DNA of 60,390 bases from Candidatus Omnitrophota bacterium (lineage in GTDB: Bacteria; Omnitrophota; Omnitrophia; Omnitrophales; Aquincolibacteriaceae): positions 1 through 60,390 of the forward strand of contig JACPXL010000074.1 of the NCBI GenBank assembly GCA_016196555.1. The letters are read 5' to 3'. Under the pieces are notes generated by a model, which worked only from the letters and a program-made list of their open reading frames with translations, ran no database searches and was not told where the DNA came from. Within the stretch, counting starts at the first letter, position 1; the number at the start of each line of letters is the position of its first letter. Made by a program: the position numbers and the translations under genes. Positions 38,397-51,255 of the stretch are shown piece after piece.

Positions 38397-39397
38397 TGGG
38401 TTTCTTGGTTCTGGCCGGCGCCGGGATTTGTCACTTTTGTGAGTTCTTCCGCCCCATAAACAAACATTGCCGCGCCCCGACAAACCCGCACTTTGAATCT
38501 GCCCGTCTTTTTCAAAATTTCGCCGTCATATTGCAGCCGCAGCGAAGGCAAACTCGCGATCTCAATTTCACTGGTCTGATAAGTTTCCATGACTTCGGGC
38601 ACATGATGCCGGGGAAATCCCAAACGCTCGCAAATGGCCGCCCACAAAACCGGAATCAGGCCGAACAGGCTGCGCGATTTAATGATCATAATTTCCACCT
38701 TGCCATCACGCGCATGTGCTTTGCCGACCAGCTTGAGATCAAATTGGATTTTTTCAAAATTAATAATAAGAATGCCGAGGCCCTCCGTGACGACTTCGCG
38801 TCCGTCCATCAAAAGGTGAAATTCCGCGCGCCGGGGAAAAAGACTCAGGAATGCGCTCAGCCAGTAAGCGGCCTGGCCCCATTGCGGTTTTAAAGACTGG
38901 GCGCGGCTCACCATTTGGGCCGAAAAGCCGCAGCCGGCCATCACGGAAAAATATATTTTGTCGCGCTTTCCTTCCACCTTTCGCCGTAAAAAACGACGGC
39001 GGAAATTATCGCGGCGCGAATAATGAAGGTATTCGATTTCACCCAGGTCCGTGGGGACCGCCCGGCCATTTAAAGTGATTTCAGCCAGCGCTTCCGCATT
39101 TGCGGGCATGCCTAAATTAAGCGCCAGAAGACTGGCTGTGCCTCCCGGATAAGCCACAATCGGCATTCCCGTATTCTGTAAAAGCCCCGCCGCGGCAGAC
39201 ACAGTCCCGTCACCGCCGGCCACCACCACGCGCTCGAAATTACCGGCATCGGCAAGAAGGTCCTTCAGATTAAAGCGCGGGGCAATGGTGCGAACTTCGA
39301 TTTCAGCTCCGCCCTTGGTAAGGGCTTCGCAATAAGCGGAGAATTTCACCTGCTTATGGCCGGACTTGGCATTGTAAATAATCAGAATTTTCGGCAT
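38393..39397 (-). CDS. diacylglycerol/lipid kinase family protein
   Basis: N..SG, AGGDGT, PGGTA, QYDGE. Confidence 0.9.
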   Translation of the reverse strand: MPKILIIYNAKSGHKQVKFSAYCEALTKGGAEIEVRTIAPRFNLKDLLADAGNFERVVVAGGDGTVSAAAGLLQNTGMPIVAYPGGTASLLALNLGMPANAEALAEITLNGRAVPTDLGEIEYLHYSRRDNFRRRFLRRKVEGKRDKIYFSVMAGCGFSAQMVSRAQSLKPQWGQAAYWLSAFLSLFPRRAEFHLLMDGREVVTEGLGILIINFEKIQFDLKLVGKAHARDGKVEIMIIKSRSLFGLIPVLWAAICERLGFPRHHVPEVMETYQTSEIEIASLPSLRLQYDGEILKKTGRFKVRVCRGAAMFVYGAEELTKVTNPGAGQNQETH

Positions 39398-39472
39398 AGT
39401 TTATTTTTACACGAATCTTCATGGCCCGCTATTTATTTTTATTGTATGATGGCGGCCGGGGAAATTTCACCG

Positions 39473-40656
39473 ATGAAAAACAAATCCATTCCCGGACTGG
39501 TCTGGACTTTCGGATGGGTCAGTTTTCTTACCGATATTTCCACCGATATGATTTTCCCGCTCCTCCCCATTTTCCTGACTCAATATTTAGGCGCCGAAAA
39601 AGGGTTTCTAGGACTCATCGAAGGGTTTGCGGATTCTACCGCCGCGTTTTTCATGCTTTTTTCGGGAATTTTGGCGGACCGCACCCGCGACCGCAGTAAA
39701 ATTGTACTCGCCGGCTACAGCCTTTCTTCCCTGATTAAACCTATTTTGGCCGCGGCCTGGACACCGTGGGTGGTTTTTTTCGTCCGTTTTAGCGACCGCA
39801 TGGGCAAAGGCCTTAGAACTTCGCCGCGCGATTCCCTGATTGCCGATTCCGTCGATCCCGCCGAGCGCGGCAAAGCTTACGGTTTGCAGCGTTCCATGGA
39901 CAATGCGGGAGCCATGCTCGGGCCTTTGATTGCCACATTTTTGCTGGCATTTTTTATCACAGATTTGCGTAAACTTTTTTTAATCGCTTCCCTTCCTGGA
40001 ATTTTGGCCGTGGCCCTGATTTTTTGGAAAGTGCGCGAAACTATTCCTCATGAAAAACGTGTCTCCGCCGGTAAGTTTCAAATTAAATTTCCTTCCGGAA
40101 AATTGCGCATTTATCTTTTCATTCTTTGCCTTTTTATTTTGAGCTGTTCTTCCGACGCCTTTTTGATTTTGCGGGCGCAAGAACTGGGTGTGCCGACCAA
40201 ATTCCTGCCCATTCTTTGGGCGATTCTGCAGGGAGTCAAAGCCTTCGCGGTTTTGCCTTTCGGCATTCTTTCGGACAAAATCGGAAGGCGCAAAACCATG
40301 CTTATGGGCTGGATTGTCTACACCTTGGTTTATCTTGGGTTCGGCAGGGCCACCGAAGCGTGGCAGGCCTGGGCGCTTTTTGCCTGTTACGGATTTTTTT
40401 ACGGCTTCACGGAAGGAACCGAGCGCGCCATTCTCGCCGATTATGCTGATCCCTCCATGCGTGGCCAGGCTTTTGGCTGGTATTATTTTGTGGTGGGGAT
40501 GATGGCGCTCCCGGCCAGCCTGCTTTTCGGGACGATTTGGCAAAGGTTTGGGTCCCAAACCGCTTTTACGCTGAGCGCTTCTATTTCTGCGCTTTGCGTT
40601 TTCCTTCTTTATCTTTTCCTCAGGCTGGTCCCTTCTTCAAAAAACACAGAAAAAAT

Positions 40657-40660
<4 letters not shown>
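39473..40660 (+). CDS. MFS transporter
   Basis: 12 TM; DRMGKGLRTSPRD, SDKIGRR. Confidence 0.92.
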
Positions 40661-43606
<2,946 letters not shown>

Positions 43607-43608
43607 AT

Positions 43609-44202
43609 TTATGATTCCTTTTTAGTAGGCTTAACTGCTCCCGCAAATACCTGCCGCAAGGCTTCCGGATAAATTTCGTATTCAATATGATGGATTTTCG
43701 CCTCGAGACTGTCAAGTGTATCGTCACTGGCCACGGAAATCTTCTTCTGTAAGATGATTTGCCCCGAATCCACGCCCGTATCGACAAAATGGACCGTAAC
43801 GCCGGTCTCGCTGGCTTTGGCCTCAAAAGCATCGCGAATGGAATGGGCGCCCGGGAAAGCGGGCAGGAGCGAAGGGTGGACATTGATGATTCTCCCCCAA
43901 TGGCTTTGGACGAATTCGCGGCTCAATATTTTCATGAAACCGGCCAGCGCGATGTAATCAATTTTATGCTCTCGAAGATACCAAATCATTTCGTTTTCAA
44001 ATTCCTGCTTTGTTTTGAATTTTTTTCTGTCCACCACGCGCACGGTCACGCCAAGTTGTTCGGCCTTTTGAATGGCCGGGGCTTCGGGGTTGTCTGAAAT
44101 CACGAGTTCCGCCGCGGCCGGAATACGGCCGGCTTGAATTTCTTTGATAATATTCTCCATGTTCGTCCCGCTTCCGGAAACAAACAGCGCCAATCGAATC
44201 AT
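43609..44202 (-). CDS. purN: phosphoribosylglycinamide formyltransferase
   Basis: SGSGTN, LAGFMKIL, NVHPSLLP.F.G, GVTVHFV..GVDSG. Confidence 0.97.
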   Translation of the reverse strand: MIRLALFVSGSGTNMENIIKEIQAGRIPAAAELVISDNPEAPAIQKAEQLGVTVRVVDRKKFKTKQEFENEMIWYLREHKIDYIALAGFMKILSREFVQSHWGRIINVHPSLLPAFPGAHSIRDAFEAKASETGVTVHFVDTGVDSGQIILQKKISVASDDTLDSLEAKIHHIEYEIYPEALRQVFAGAVKPTKKES

Positions 44203-44879
44203 AATACCGCCTTACGGCCGGCACCGCTGACAAGAATTACAAATTCGCCGATGGCTTTTTTCTTAGAAAAATTCTCGATGAGTGTTGTGAGCGTCCCTCG
44301 CTGATATTCTTCGAATTTTTTTGTCAGTTCACGGCCGACGACCGCTTCGCGCTCTCCGAAAATTTCTTTCATGTCGTTTAAGGTTTGCAAAACACGGAAA
44401 GGAGATTCGTAAAAAATCAAAGTTTCTTCGCGCTCTTTGAGGTCGGAGAAAAAATTACGACGACCGGCGGGTTTTGCCGGAGGAAATCCGAAAAAAGAGA
44501 AAGAATCCACGGCAAGACCGCTTGCCGCCAGCGCGGTGATCAGCGCGCACGGCCCGGGCAGGGATTCGACTTGAATCCCCTCCCGCAAAGCGGCCCGCAC
44601 GAGCTCAAATCCTGGATCGGAAATAAGCGGTGTGCCGCCGTCTGAAACCAAGGCCGCGGATTGTCCTTCGCGCAAAGAGTATAAAATTTTTTCGATTTTC
44701 ATTTTCGCGCTGTGTTCGTGAAAGCTGATCATAGTTTTTTGAATTTCATAAGCATCCAGGAGTTTGCGGGTCTGGCGCGTGTCTTCGCAAATAATAAAAT
44801 CGCATGATTTCAATATATCCACGGCGCGAAAAGTGATGTCGCGCAAATTACCGATGGGGGTAGGAACAATGAAGAGCAT
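44199..44879 (-). CDS. rsmI: 16S rRNA (cytidine1402-2'-O)-methyltransferase
   Basis: PTPIGNL.D, CEDTR, SDGGTP.ISDPG, YESP.R, RELTK.FEE. Confidence 0.96.
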   Translation of the reverse strand: MLFIVPTPIGNLRDITFRAVDILKSCDFIICEDTRQTRKLLDAYEIQKTMISFHEHSAKMKIEKILYSLREGQSAALVSDGGTPLISDPGFELVRAALREGIQVESLPGPCALITALAASGLAVDSFSFFGFPPAKPAGRRNFFSDLKEREETLIFYESPFRVLQTLNDMKEIFGEREAVVGRELTKKFEEYQRGTLTTLIENFSKKKAIGEFVILVSGAGRKAVL

Positions 44880-44888
44880 AAATAACGT

Positions 44889-45018
44889 TTGTCATTCTGA
44901 AGCCGAAGGCTGAAGAATCTCGGAGCGAGATCCTTCACCGCGCGCCTTTTGCGCGAGTACTTTTCGGGAAGAACTGGAGGTTCTTCTCCGAAAATGTGCA
45001 CTTCGTTCAGGATGACAA
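44889..45018. repeat. family B palindromic repeat with extra internal hairpins (intergenic)
   Basis: ttgtcattctga...gaagaatctc..gagatccttc...tcaggatgacaa. Confidence 0.85.
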
Positions 45019-45025
45019 GGTTTCA

Positions 45026-46015
45026 TTAGCGATTGCGCTCGAGCACGTAATCAACAAGGCGCTCGAAGCTTCGTTTGGCTGGCGAATCGCTGAAAACATC
45101 CAGGTCATTTCTTGCTGCCGCGCTGTATTTTTTGGCCTTTTCCATGGCGTAATCAATGGCGCCCGAATCGCGCACTTTATCCAGCAAAGTTTGGAATTTT
45201 CCGGGGGTTTCGGATTTAAAAAGCTGCATCAATTCGCCTTTTTTGGCAGGTTCGAGAATTTCAAAAAGCCGTATTAAAGGAAGTGTGAGCACACCGGCGA
45301 AACAATCCGCGCCCAGGGTTTTTCCGAATTCATGCTCATTACCGGTGAAATCCAGGCAGTCGTCCACAATTTGAAAGGCAATGCCGAAATCCCGGCCGAA
45401 ACGCCGGAGGGCGTGAATCTCGGCGGAATTGGCGCCCCCCAGAATTGCCCCCGATTCAAGCGCGCAGGCCAGAAGCGACGCGGTTTTTTTCTCAATAATG
45501 GCAAGGTATTCGGCTTCGCTCAAAACAAAATTATCTTTTTCTTTGAGTTCGTGGATTTCGCCGTCGCAGACTTCTCCGGCGGTTTTCAAAAAGGTAGAAA
45601 CAATGGACGGGTTTCCATTTTCAAAAATTGCGGCAATGGCTTTGTCATGCAAATAATCCCCCACCAGCACCGCCACTTCGGGGCCCCATTTGACATTGAT
45701 GGTGGGAATATTCCGCCTTAGGTACGCAGAATCGATAATATCGTCGTGAATCAGTGTGGCGCCGTGAAAAATTTCATAGGAAGAGGCGAGTTTGAGAAGA
45801 CGCGGCTCAAGCCCTTCATCCGTAGATTTTAATTCAGCGCCCAGAAGTGTCAGGGCCGGACGAAGTAATTTCCCTTTGCCGGAAAAAAAATAGCGTATGA
45901 CATCGGCCGCGAGTTCATTGGGCGTGGAAAGAATTTCCAGAATGGTTTCGGGAATCGCCTGAAGGCGCGATTCGACTGGGGCATAGATTTCTTCGAGAGT
46001 GGCGGCTGCTTTCAT
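45026..46015 (-). CDS. polyprenyl diphosphate synthase
   Basis: GKLLRP, LIHDDIID...RR, KTASL, FQIVDD.LD. Confidence 0.93.
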   Translation of the reverse strand: MKAAATLEEIYAPVESRLQAIPETILEILSTPNELAADVIRYFFSGKGKLLRPALTLLGAELKSTDEGLEPRLLKLASSYEIFHGATLIHDDIIDSAYLRRNIPTINVKWGPEVAVLVGDYLHDKAIAAIFENGNPSIVSTFLKTAGEVCDGEIHELKEKDNFVLSEAEYLAIIEKKTASLLACALESGAILGGANSAEIHALRRFGRDFGIAFQIVDDCLDFTGNEHEFGKTLGADCFAGVLTLPLIRLFEILEPAKKGELMQLFKSETPGKFQTLLDKVRDSGAIDYAMEKAKKYSAAARNDLDVFSDSPAKRSFERLVDYVLERNR

Positions 46016-46069
46016 GACAGAATGGAAATTATAACAGGGATAATAACTTACAGCAATTAAGAATCTTAT

Positions 46070-46133
46070 TCGTCATCCTGAGCGAAGCGAAGGATCTCGC
46101 GAGATTCTTCGGCCTTCGGCCTCAGAATGACGA
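46070..46133. repeat. family B palindromic repeat (intergenic, immediately after the rlmH stop)
   Basis: tcgtcatcctgagcgaagcgaaggatctcgcgagattcttcggccttcggcctcagaatgacga. Confidence 0.88.
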
Positions 46134-46134
46134 G

Positions 46135-46584
46135 TTAATGGGTATTATGATACGGCAGATTGCGCAGAATGGACCAGGCACGGTAAATTTGCTCGGAGGC
46201 GACGACCGCAGCCAGCTCATGCGGTAAAGTCAGGGGCCCGAAACTCCAGAGAAAATCCGGATTGGCTTTCTCAATTTCGGTTTTATCCAAGCCGTCCGGG
46301 CCGCCGATCACAATTTCGAGCTCTTTAACGCCGTCATTTAAAATTTGAGCGAGTTTAGAGGACAATTCTTCCGAGGAAATTTCTTTTCCTTTGCGTTCGC
46401 AGAACCAGATTTTTTTCGTGCCCTCTTTGGAAGGGCGCGCATCATTCCACCTTCCGACTTCAAAGGATGAAAAACGGGAAATCCTTTTCAGATATTCTTC
46501 GAAAAGGGCAAAGGCATTTTTATCTTTAAAAGCTGAGCGCCCGGCGGGACCTTGAATCCAGCCGAATGAAAAACGGATTTTCAT
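46135..46584 (-). CDS. rlmH: 23S rRNA pseudouridine-1915 N3-methyltransferase
   Basis: IGGPDG, SFG.LTLPH.LA, EQIYRA..I....PYH. Confidence 0.93.
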   Translation of the reverse strand: MKIRFSFGWIQGPAGRSAFKDKNAFALFEEYLKRISRFSSFEVGRWNDARPSKEGTKKIWFCERKGKEISSEELSSKLAQILNDGVKELEIVIGGPDGLDKTEIEKANPDFLWSFGPLTLPHELAAVVASEQIYRAWSILRNLPYHNTH

Positions 46585-47009
46585 TAAGCGGGAGGCGAGG
46601 GGGGTGGCTGCTGCGTTTGATGCTGCAAAATGGCGAAGGATTTGGTGCCGAAAAGTTCTTCGTCGGCAAAAATCCGGAATTCATATTTACCGGGATGTTT
46701 AAATTCCAGGCCTTTGAGATTGAAAACCAATTCATAAGAAGCCAGTTTGTCCGCCATTTTGAGGGGCCCGATCACGCCGCGGCCGTTCACATCGCCGGTC
46801 TGCAAATCCACAAGCTCCAGTTTGAATTGATATTCTCCCATGGCGCCGGTGAATTTTACGTACACGCTGAGCGATGCGTGGCGAAAAGGAAATTGCGTCG
46901 TGGCGATTTCTTCAAAAATACCGATCAGGCTTTTTTTATTCGTAGTCACTTCCGTAATAATGCTGTCACAAATCAGCATGGCTTCTTTGCCGGGCTTAAT
47001 TTTATTCAT
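46584..47009 (-). CDS. conserved hypothetical (DUF6941-like) protein
   Basis: LICD, K.SLIGIF, FP..H, F..PG.Y.F. Confidence 0.65.
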   Translation of the reverse strand: MNKIKPGKEAMLICDSIITEVTTNKKSLIGIFEEIATTQFPFRHASLSVYVKFTGAMGEYQFKLELVDLQTGDVNGRGVIGPLKMADKLASYELVFNLKGLEFKHPGKYEFRIFADEELFGTKSFAILQHQTQQPPPSPPA

Positions 47010-47794
47010 TGGGCCCCTTTCGTAGCTTGATGATTCACCGGACCCATGCCGCGGCCAAGGCCGGGGCTGGTCTGAATCGCATGGGTAATGTATTTTTTGG
47101 CTTCGCCCACCGCGGTGACCAAATCCATTCCCCGGGCCAAATTCGCGGTGATCGCTGCCGAATACGTACAGCCTGTGCCGTGGGTGTGTTCGGTCAAAAC
47201 CCGGGATTCGGAAAAGGTGTGGAATTCCCCCTGATAAAACAAAAGGTCCGCGGCATCGCCCGGAAGATGTCCTCCTTTGATTAAAACCGCCTTGGGCCCA
47301 AAACCGGCAATGGTTTTGGCGGCGCGGCGAAAAGACATATCATCCCCGATCGCAATCCCTGAAATTTTTTCTGCTTCTTCAAGATTGGGGGTAATAAGAA
47401 AAACATGGCGGAGGAATTTTTCACGCAAAATCTGGAGAGCCTTTTCTTCCATTAAAGTGCCGCCGTGTTTACTGGTTATGACAGGATCAACAATCAATGG
47501 GAAATTAAAATGGGCGGCACGTTCAGCGAGCGCCTCGATAATTCCGGCTGAACCGAGTGCTCCAGTTTTGGCGGCATGCGGCGTAATATCTTCCAAAATG
47601 CTATCGAGCTGTTTGATGACAAGATCCACATCGAGGATTGTGACCTGGTCCAGGCGCTGAGTATTTTGAACGGTCAGGAGTGTGAGCACACTCATGCCGT
47701 AAACCCCCATTTGATGAAAGGTCTTTAAATCGGCTTGAACGCCCGCTCCACCCGAAGGGTCGGATCCTGCAATCGTAAGGGCCACACGTTTCAT
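47006..47794 (-). CDS. thiD: hydroxymethylpyrimidine/phosphomethylpyrimidine kinase
   Basis: TIAGSDPSGGAGVQADLKT, DPV, TPN..EA, KGGH, HGTGCT. Confidence 0.96.
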   Translation of the reverse strand: MKRVALTIAGSDPSGGAGVQADLKTFHQMGVYGMSVLTLLTVQNTQRLDQVTILDVDLVIKQLDSILEDITPHAAKTGALGSAGIIEALAERAAHFNFPLIVDPVITSKHGGTLMEEKALQILREKFLRHVFLITPNLEEAEKISGIAIGDDMSFRRAAKTIAGFGPKAVLIKGGHLPGDAADLLFYQGEFHTFSESRVLTEHTHGTGCTYSAAITANLARGMDLVTAVGEAKKYITHAIQTSPGLGRGMGPVNHQATKGAQ

Positions 47795-47850
47795 AAGCGG
47801 GCTATTATATGTGAGAAAACCTTCCGAAGTCATGCTAGAATTTAGCTGCG

Positions 47851-48723
47851 ATGAGACTTTTCAAAAATCTTGGCTTTTGGGGTGTCCTGTTAGCGTTCAG
47901 TTTCTGCGGATGTGTAGGGCTGATGTTTCAGCAGGGCCCGGTTCAATTCGACGATCCAGCCGTGCGGCTTGGGATTGTAAGCCGTGAACCCACACCCGAA
48001 GAAGCTGCCGGAATTACTCTCCGCTTCCTTTCCCCTCCGGGCGGAATTTCTTCCGCCGTAGAAAAGACGGTGATGTTCGCGCAGATCAAAAATACGAACG
48101 GCCTTAAAGTAGAAATGATACGCCGGCAAAAAGATCATTATCAGCCCATCGAAGGGACCTCCCATTTCCTGCTCAAATCCGAAACGTTGATCGAAAATGG
48201 CGGCGGGAATATGCTGGAAGAAACGGAAATTTCAGACCGCGGTGAAATTGTGAAATTTATCCGCGGATTTCACAAATCCAAAATCGGGACTTTTCAAGTT
48301 GAGGCCTGGAGCCGTACCCCTCTTTTCCCCGAAGGGCCGGTCAAAGCCGGCGACACCTGGAATTATGAAGAATCCCTTTCGCTTCATCTTCAGTCCAAAC
48401 TCGTCAAACAAAAAAATCCTACGCCCTATGTGACGCGCGCGACAAGCAAGCTTACCGGATTTGCCACAGTCAAGGACCGCCCCGTGGCCGTCATTCAAAC
48501 GCGTTCTTCGCAGACCAAACAGGAAACCATCAAGGTACTTTTTAAAACCATCACGATGAATATTCAAGCCACGATTGATGAAACCGAATATTTTGATTGG
48601 AAAAATGGGGTGACGGTGGCGAAGGTCACAAAAACCAGCAGTTTTTCTTCCACGCCAAAGGGCGAATTTACGGACACCGGCGAAAGTCAATCGATTTACG
48701 AAATGACGGACAGCCATCAATGA
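47851..48723 (+). CDS. hypothetical lipoprotein
   Basis: Lipobox-like FCG-C; P..PVK.GDTW motif. Confidence 0.65.
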   Translation: MRLFKNLGFWGVLLAFSFCGCVGLMFQQGPVQFDDPAVRLGIVSREPTPEEAAGITLRFLSPPGGISSAVEKTVMFAQIKNTNGLKVEMIRRQKDHYQPIEGTSHFLLKSETLIENGGGNMLEETEISDRGEIVKFIRGFHKSKIGTFQVEAWSRTPLFPEGPVKAGDTWNYEESLSLHLQSKLVKQKNPTPYVTRATSKLTGFATVKDRPVAVIQTRSSQTKQETIKVLFKTITMNIQATIDETEYFDWKNGVTVAKVTKTSSFSSTPKGEFTDTGESQSIYEMTDSHQ

Positions 48724-48729
48724 CCGCCG

Positions 48730-49914
48730 TCAGAATGACAGTTTTTTCAGCCGGCTGACGCCTTCCTGAAAAATTTCGGGCGCTGTGATCAGGCTTAGAA
48801 TCAGATAATTTCCTTCTGTTTCATAAAAATATCCCGGATGCACAAAAACGTCTTCTTCCTGCAAAAGTTTTAGCGTGATTTCTTCATCGGATTGGGCCCC
48901 GGGGATTTGAAGCATGGCATACCAGCCGCCTTCGGCTTCTAAAATCGGAAAGTGCTTTGCCAGAAACTGCCGGTTTTCAAAAATTCTCTCGAGAATTTCG
49001 GATTGAATCGCAGGATGCCATTCAAACCACGCTTCAAGGGCATTTTGAGAAGGGGTTGAAACCGACAAATAGGTGTCCGCAATAATTTCCAGACGGCTCA
49101 TTGCCTCTTGGACCAAATCGCCGGGTCCATTCACCACAATCCATGAAATTTTCATTTGCGGAAGGCCGAGTATTTTTGAAATTCCGGATAGTGTAAAAGT
49201 CAGTATTTCTTTTTCGCCGGCAAAGCTCGGCGCCTGCTCCGGAGTTTCTTTAAAACAAAAATCCAGAAAGACTTCGTCGGAAATGACGGCCGCATTGGTT
49301 TTTCGGCAAAATTTCCGGATGAATTCGAGTTCGGATTTTGTCACATAATTGCCCGTGGGATTATTGGGATGAATGAGCATGACGGCCTTGGGATTTTTGA
49401 ATTCTCTGTCATTGCGAGGAGTCCGAAAGGACGACGAAGCAATCTCAAAACCGGGATTGCTTCGCCCCTGCGGGGCTCGCAATGACAGCGGATAGCGAAT
49501 CACTTTCACATCATTCAGGCCGGCCAGATAATCCAAAAGCGGATAGCTCGGCTGGGGCGCGAGGACAGTGTCGTCTGGATTGGCTAAAAGGCGAAAGACA
49601 AAAGAATAGGCTTCACTTGTGCCGGCCGTGACAAAAATCTGCTCGGGAGAAATGCTCAAGCCCATATTTTCATAATAAAGCGCGATGGTTTCGCGAGCAT
49701 GCAGCATTCCGCGCGGATTGGGGTGATAGGCAAGATTGCGTTCATCTTCCAAATTTTTGAGAAGCTCCGGTTTCAAATAATCGAATTGGCAATGGGTAGG
49801 ATTGGACTGAATCAAATCAAAAAAAGGTTTTCCGCTTTTTCTATAGGCCTCGACTGCCAGCGTAAGCGCATTGGCCCCTATTTCCCAATTTGTTCTCTTG
49901 GCAAAAGGTTTCAT
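48730..49914 (-). CDS. PLP-dependent class I/II aminotransferase with an in-frame palindromic insert
   Basis: TSEAY, HPNNPTG, DEVF, SGISK..GLPQMK.SW, HPGYF. Confidence 0.9.
   Translation of the reverse strand: MKPFAKRTNWEIGANALTLAVEAYRKSGKPFFDLIQSNPTHCQFDYLKPELLKNLEDERNLAYHPNPRGMLHARETIALYYENMGLSISPEQIFVTAGTSEAYSFVFRLLANPDDTVLAPQPSYPLLDYLAGLNDVKVIRYPLSLRAPQGRSNPGFEIASSSFRTPRNDREFKNPKAVMLIHPNNPTGNYVTKSELEFIRKFCRKTNAAVISDEVFLDFCFKETPEQAPSFAGEKEILTFTLSGISKILGLPQMKISWIVVNGPGDLVQEAMSRLEIIADTYLSVSTPSQNALEAWFEWHPAIQSEILERIFENRQFLAKHFPILEAEGGWYAMLQIPGAQSDEEITLKLLQEEDVFVHPGYFYETEGNYLILSLITAPEIFQEGVSRLKKLSF
49406..49488. repeat. family A palindromic repeat inside the aminotransferase CDS
   Basis: ctgtcattgcgag...cgaagcaatc tcaaaaccgg gattgcttcg...ctcgcaatgacag. 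Confidence 0.9.
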
Positions 49915-49950
49915 GGTTGGTGATGATAACATACTTTGCTAAAATGCGGC

Positions 49951-50895
49951 ATGGTCACAGGACTTGTTTATGACGCGCGGTATCAAGAGCATGACACGGG
50001 CAAAGGGCATCCCGAATCCCCCGCAAGACTCGAAGCCATCATTTTCCATTTAAAAACTCTGCCGTGGTTTTCTAAGCTGAAAAATTTTCGCCCTGAACCA
50101 GCGGAAGAAAAGTGGCTTGAAACGGTTCACTCTTCCGAATATATACGCCGTGCGGAGGAAGTGGTCAAAAGCGGATTTGCTTATTTAGATACGCGCGATG
50201 TGATGATTTCGGAAAAGTCTTTTGAGATTGCCAAACTTGCGGCCGGAGGAGCGCTCACACTCGCCGATCAAATGATGGCCGGAAAAATTCGAAATGGATT
50301 CGCGCTGGTCCGCCCGCCGGGCCATCATGCCGAACGAGAATACGCCATGGGATTTTGTCTTTTCAATAATATTGCGATTTTGGCGCGCTACCTTCAAAAG
50401 CAGCACCGCCTTGAAAAAATTTTAATTCTCGATTGGGATGTGCATCATGGCAATGGCACGCAGCACACTTTCGAAGAAGACCCTTCGGTTTTTTATATCA
50501 GCCTTCATCAATTCCCGTTTTATCCGGGGACCGGCCGCGCAGAGGAAACCGGAGTGGGCCGCGGCAAAGGCGCAACCCTGAATTGCCCCATGCAAGGCGG
50601 CTCGACGGACCAGGATTATGACAGCGTGTTCGCGAAAAAAATCATGCCGGCCGCCAAAAAATTCAAGCCGGATGCAGTGCTCATTTCAGCCGGATTCGAT
50701 GCCCACGCGGCAGATCCGCTGGCACAGATTTCACTGAGCACGGAATTTTTCGGATGGATGACGGAGCGTGCCATGGAAATCGCCGATCATTCGGCAGGCG
50801 GGAAAATTCTCTCTCTTCTGGAGGGCGGCTACAATCTCGATGTTCTTCCCCACTGCGTCACTGCCCACTTAGAAACTCTCTTAAGAAGCAGATAA
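49951..50895 (+). CDS. histone deacetylase-family (Zn-dependent) amidohydrolase
   Basis: HPESPAR, RPPGHHA, GFCLFNN, DWDVHHGNGTQ, SAGFDAH, LEGGY. Confidence 0.95.
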   Translation: MVTGLVYDARYQEHDTGKGHPESPARLEAIIFHLKTLPWFSKLKNFRPEPAEEKWLETVHSSEYIRRAEEVVKSGFAYLDTRDVMISEKSFEIAKLAAGGALTLADQMMAGKIRNGFALVRPPGHHAEREYAMGFCLFNNIAILARYLQKQHRLEKILILDWDVHHGNGTQHTFEEDPSVFYISLHQFPFYPGTGRAEETGVGRGKGATLNCPMQGGSTDQDYDSVFAKKIMPAAKKFKPDAVLISAGFDAHAADPLAQISLSTEFFGWMTERAMEIADHSAGGKILSLLEGGYNLDVLPHCVTAHLETLLRSR

Positions 50896-50934
50896 TAATA
50901 TAATCTATAACCATATTTTATATGATTATAATAC

Positions 50935-50963
50935 TTGACTGCTTTTTAGCTTCCAACTATACT
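50935..50963 (+). promoter_or_regulatory. sigma70 promoter, leaderless configuration
   Basis: TTGACT-17-TATACT, 5 nt before the ATG at 50969. Confidence 0.75.
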
Positions 50964-50968
50964 TTCGC

Positions 50969-51151
50969 ATGCAAACACACGGAGAATTCTATGCTGATAA
51001 GGTTATGGATCTAGCCAATCTAAGCGCTGCAGCTCTAGTTTTTGGACAACTTTTATCAGAGAAGGCTAACTTGGATGCTGCCGCGTTCGGCAGTTCTATA
51101 TTTTGGATTGGAATTGTGATAAGCTACTTACTCAGAAAAGGGAAAAATTAA
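50969..51151 (+). CDS. small 2-TM membrane protein
   Basis: 60 aa, K..DLANL...ALVFGQ, hydrophobic; promoter directly upstream. Confidence 0.7.
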   Translation: MQTHGEFYADKVMDLANLSAAALVFGQLLSEKANLDAAAFGSSIFWIGIVISYLLRKGKN

Positions 51152-51255
51152 TGGAAGGCGCTATCGTTTATCTGTCAATACTTTTCGGCTCTATTGTCAT
51201 TGTTTTTGGAAGCATTATTCTCTTCCAAAACTTCAAAAAACCTCACCGTCGTTAA
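51151..51255 (+). CDS. 34-aa single-TM peptide (not in the ORF track)
   Basis: MEGAIVYLSILFGSIVIVFGSIILFQNFKKPHRR; TAATG coupling to the upstream ORF. Confidence 0.6.
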   Translation: MEGAIVYLSILFGSIVIVFGSIILFQNFKKPHRR

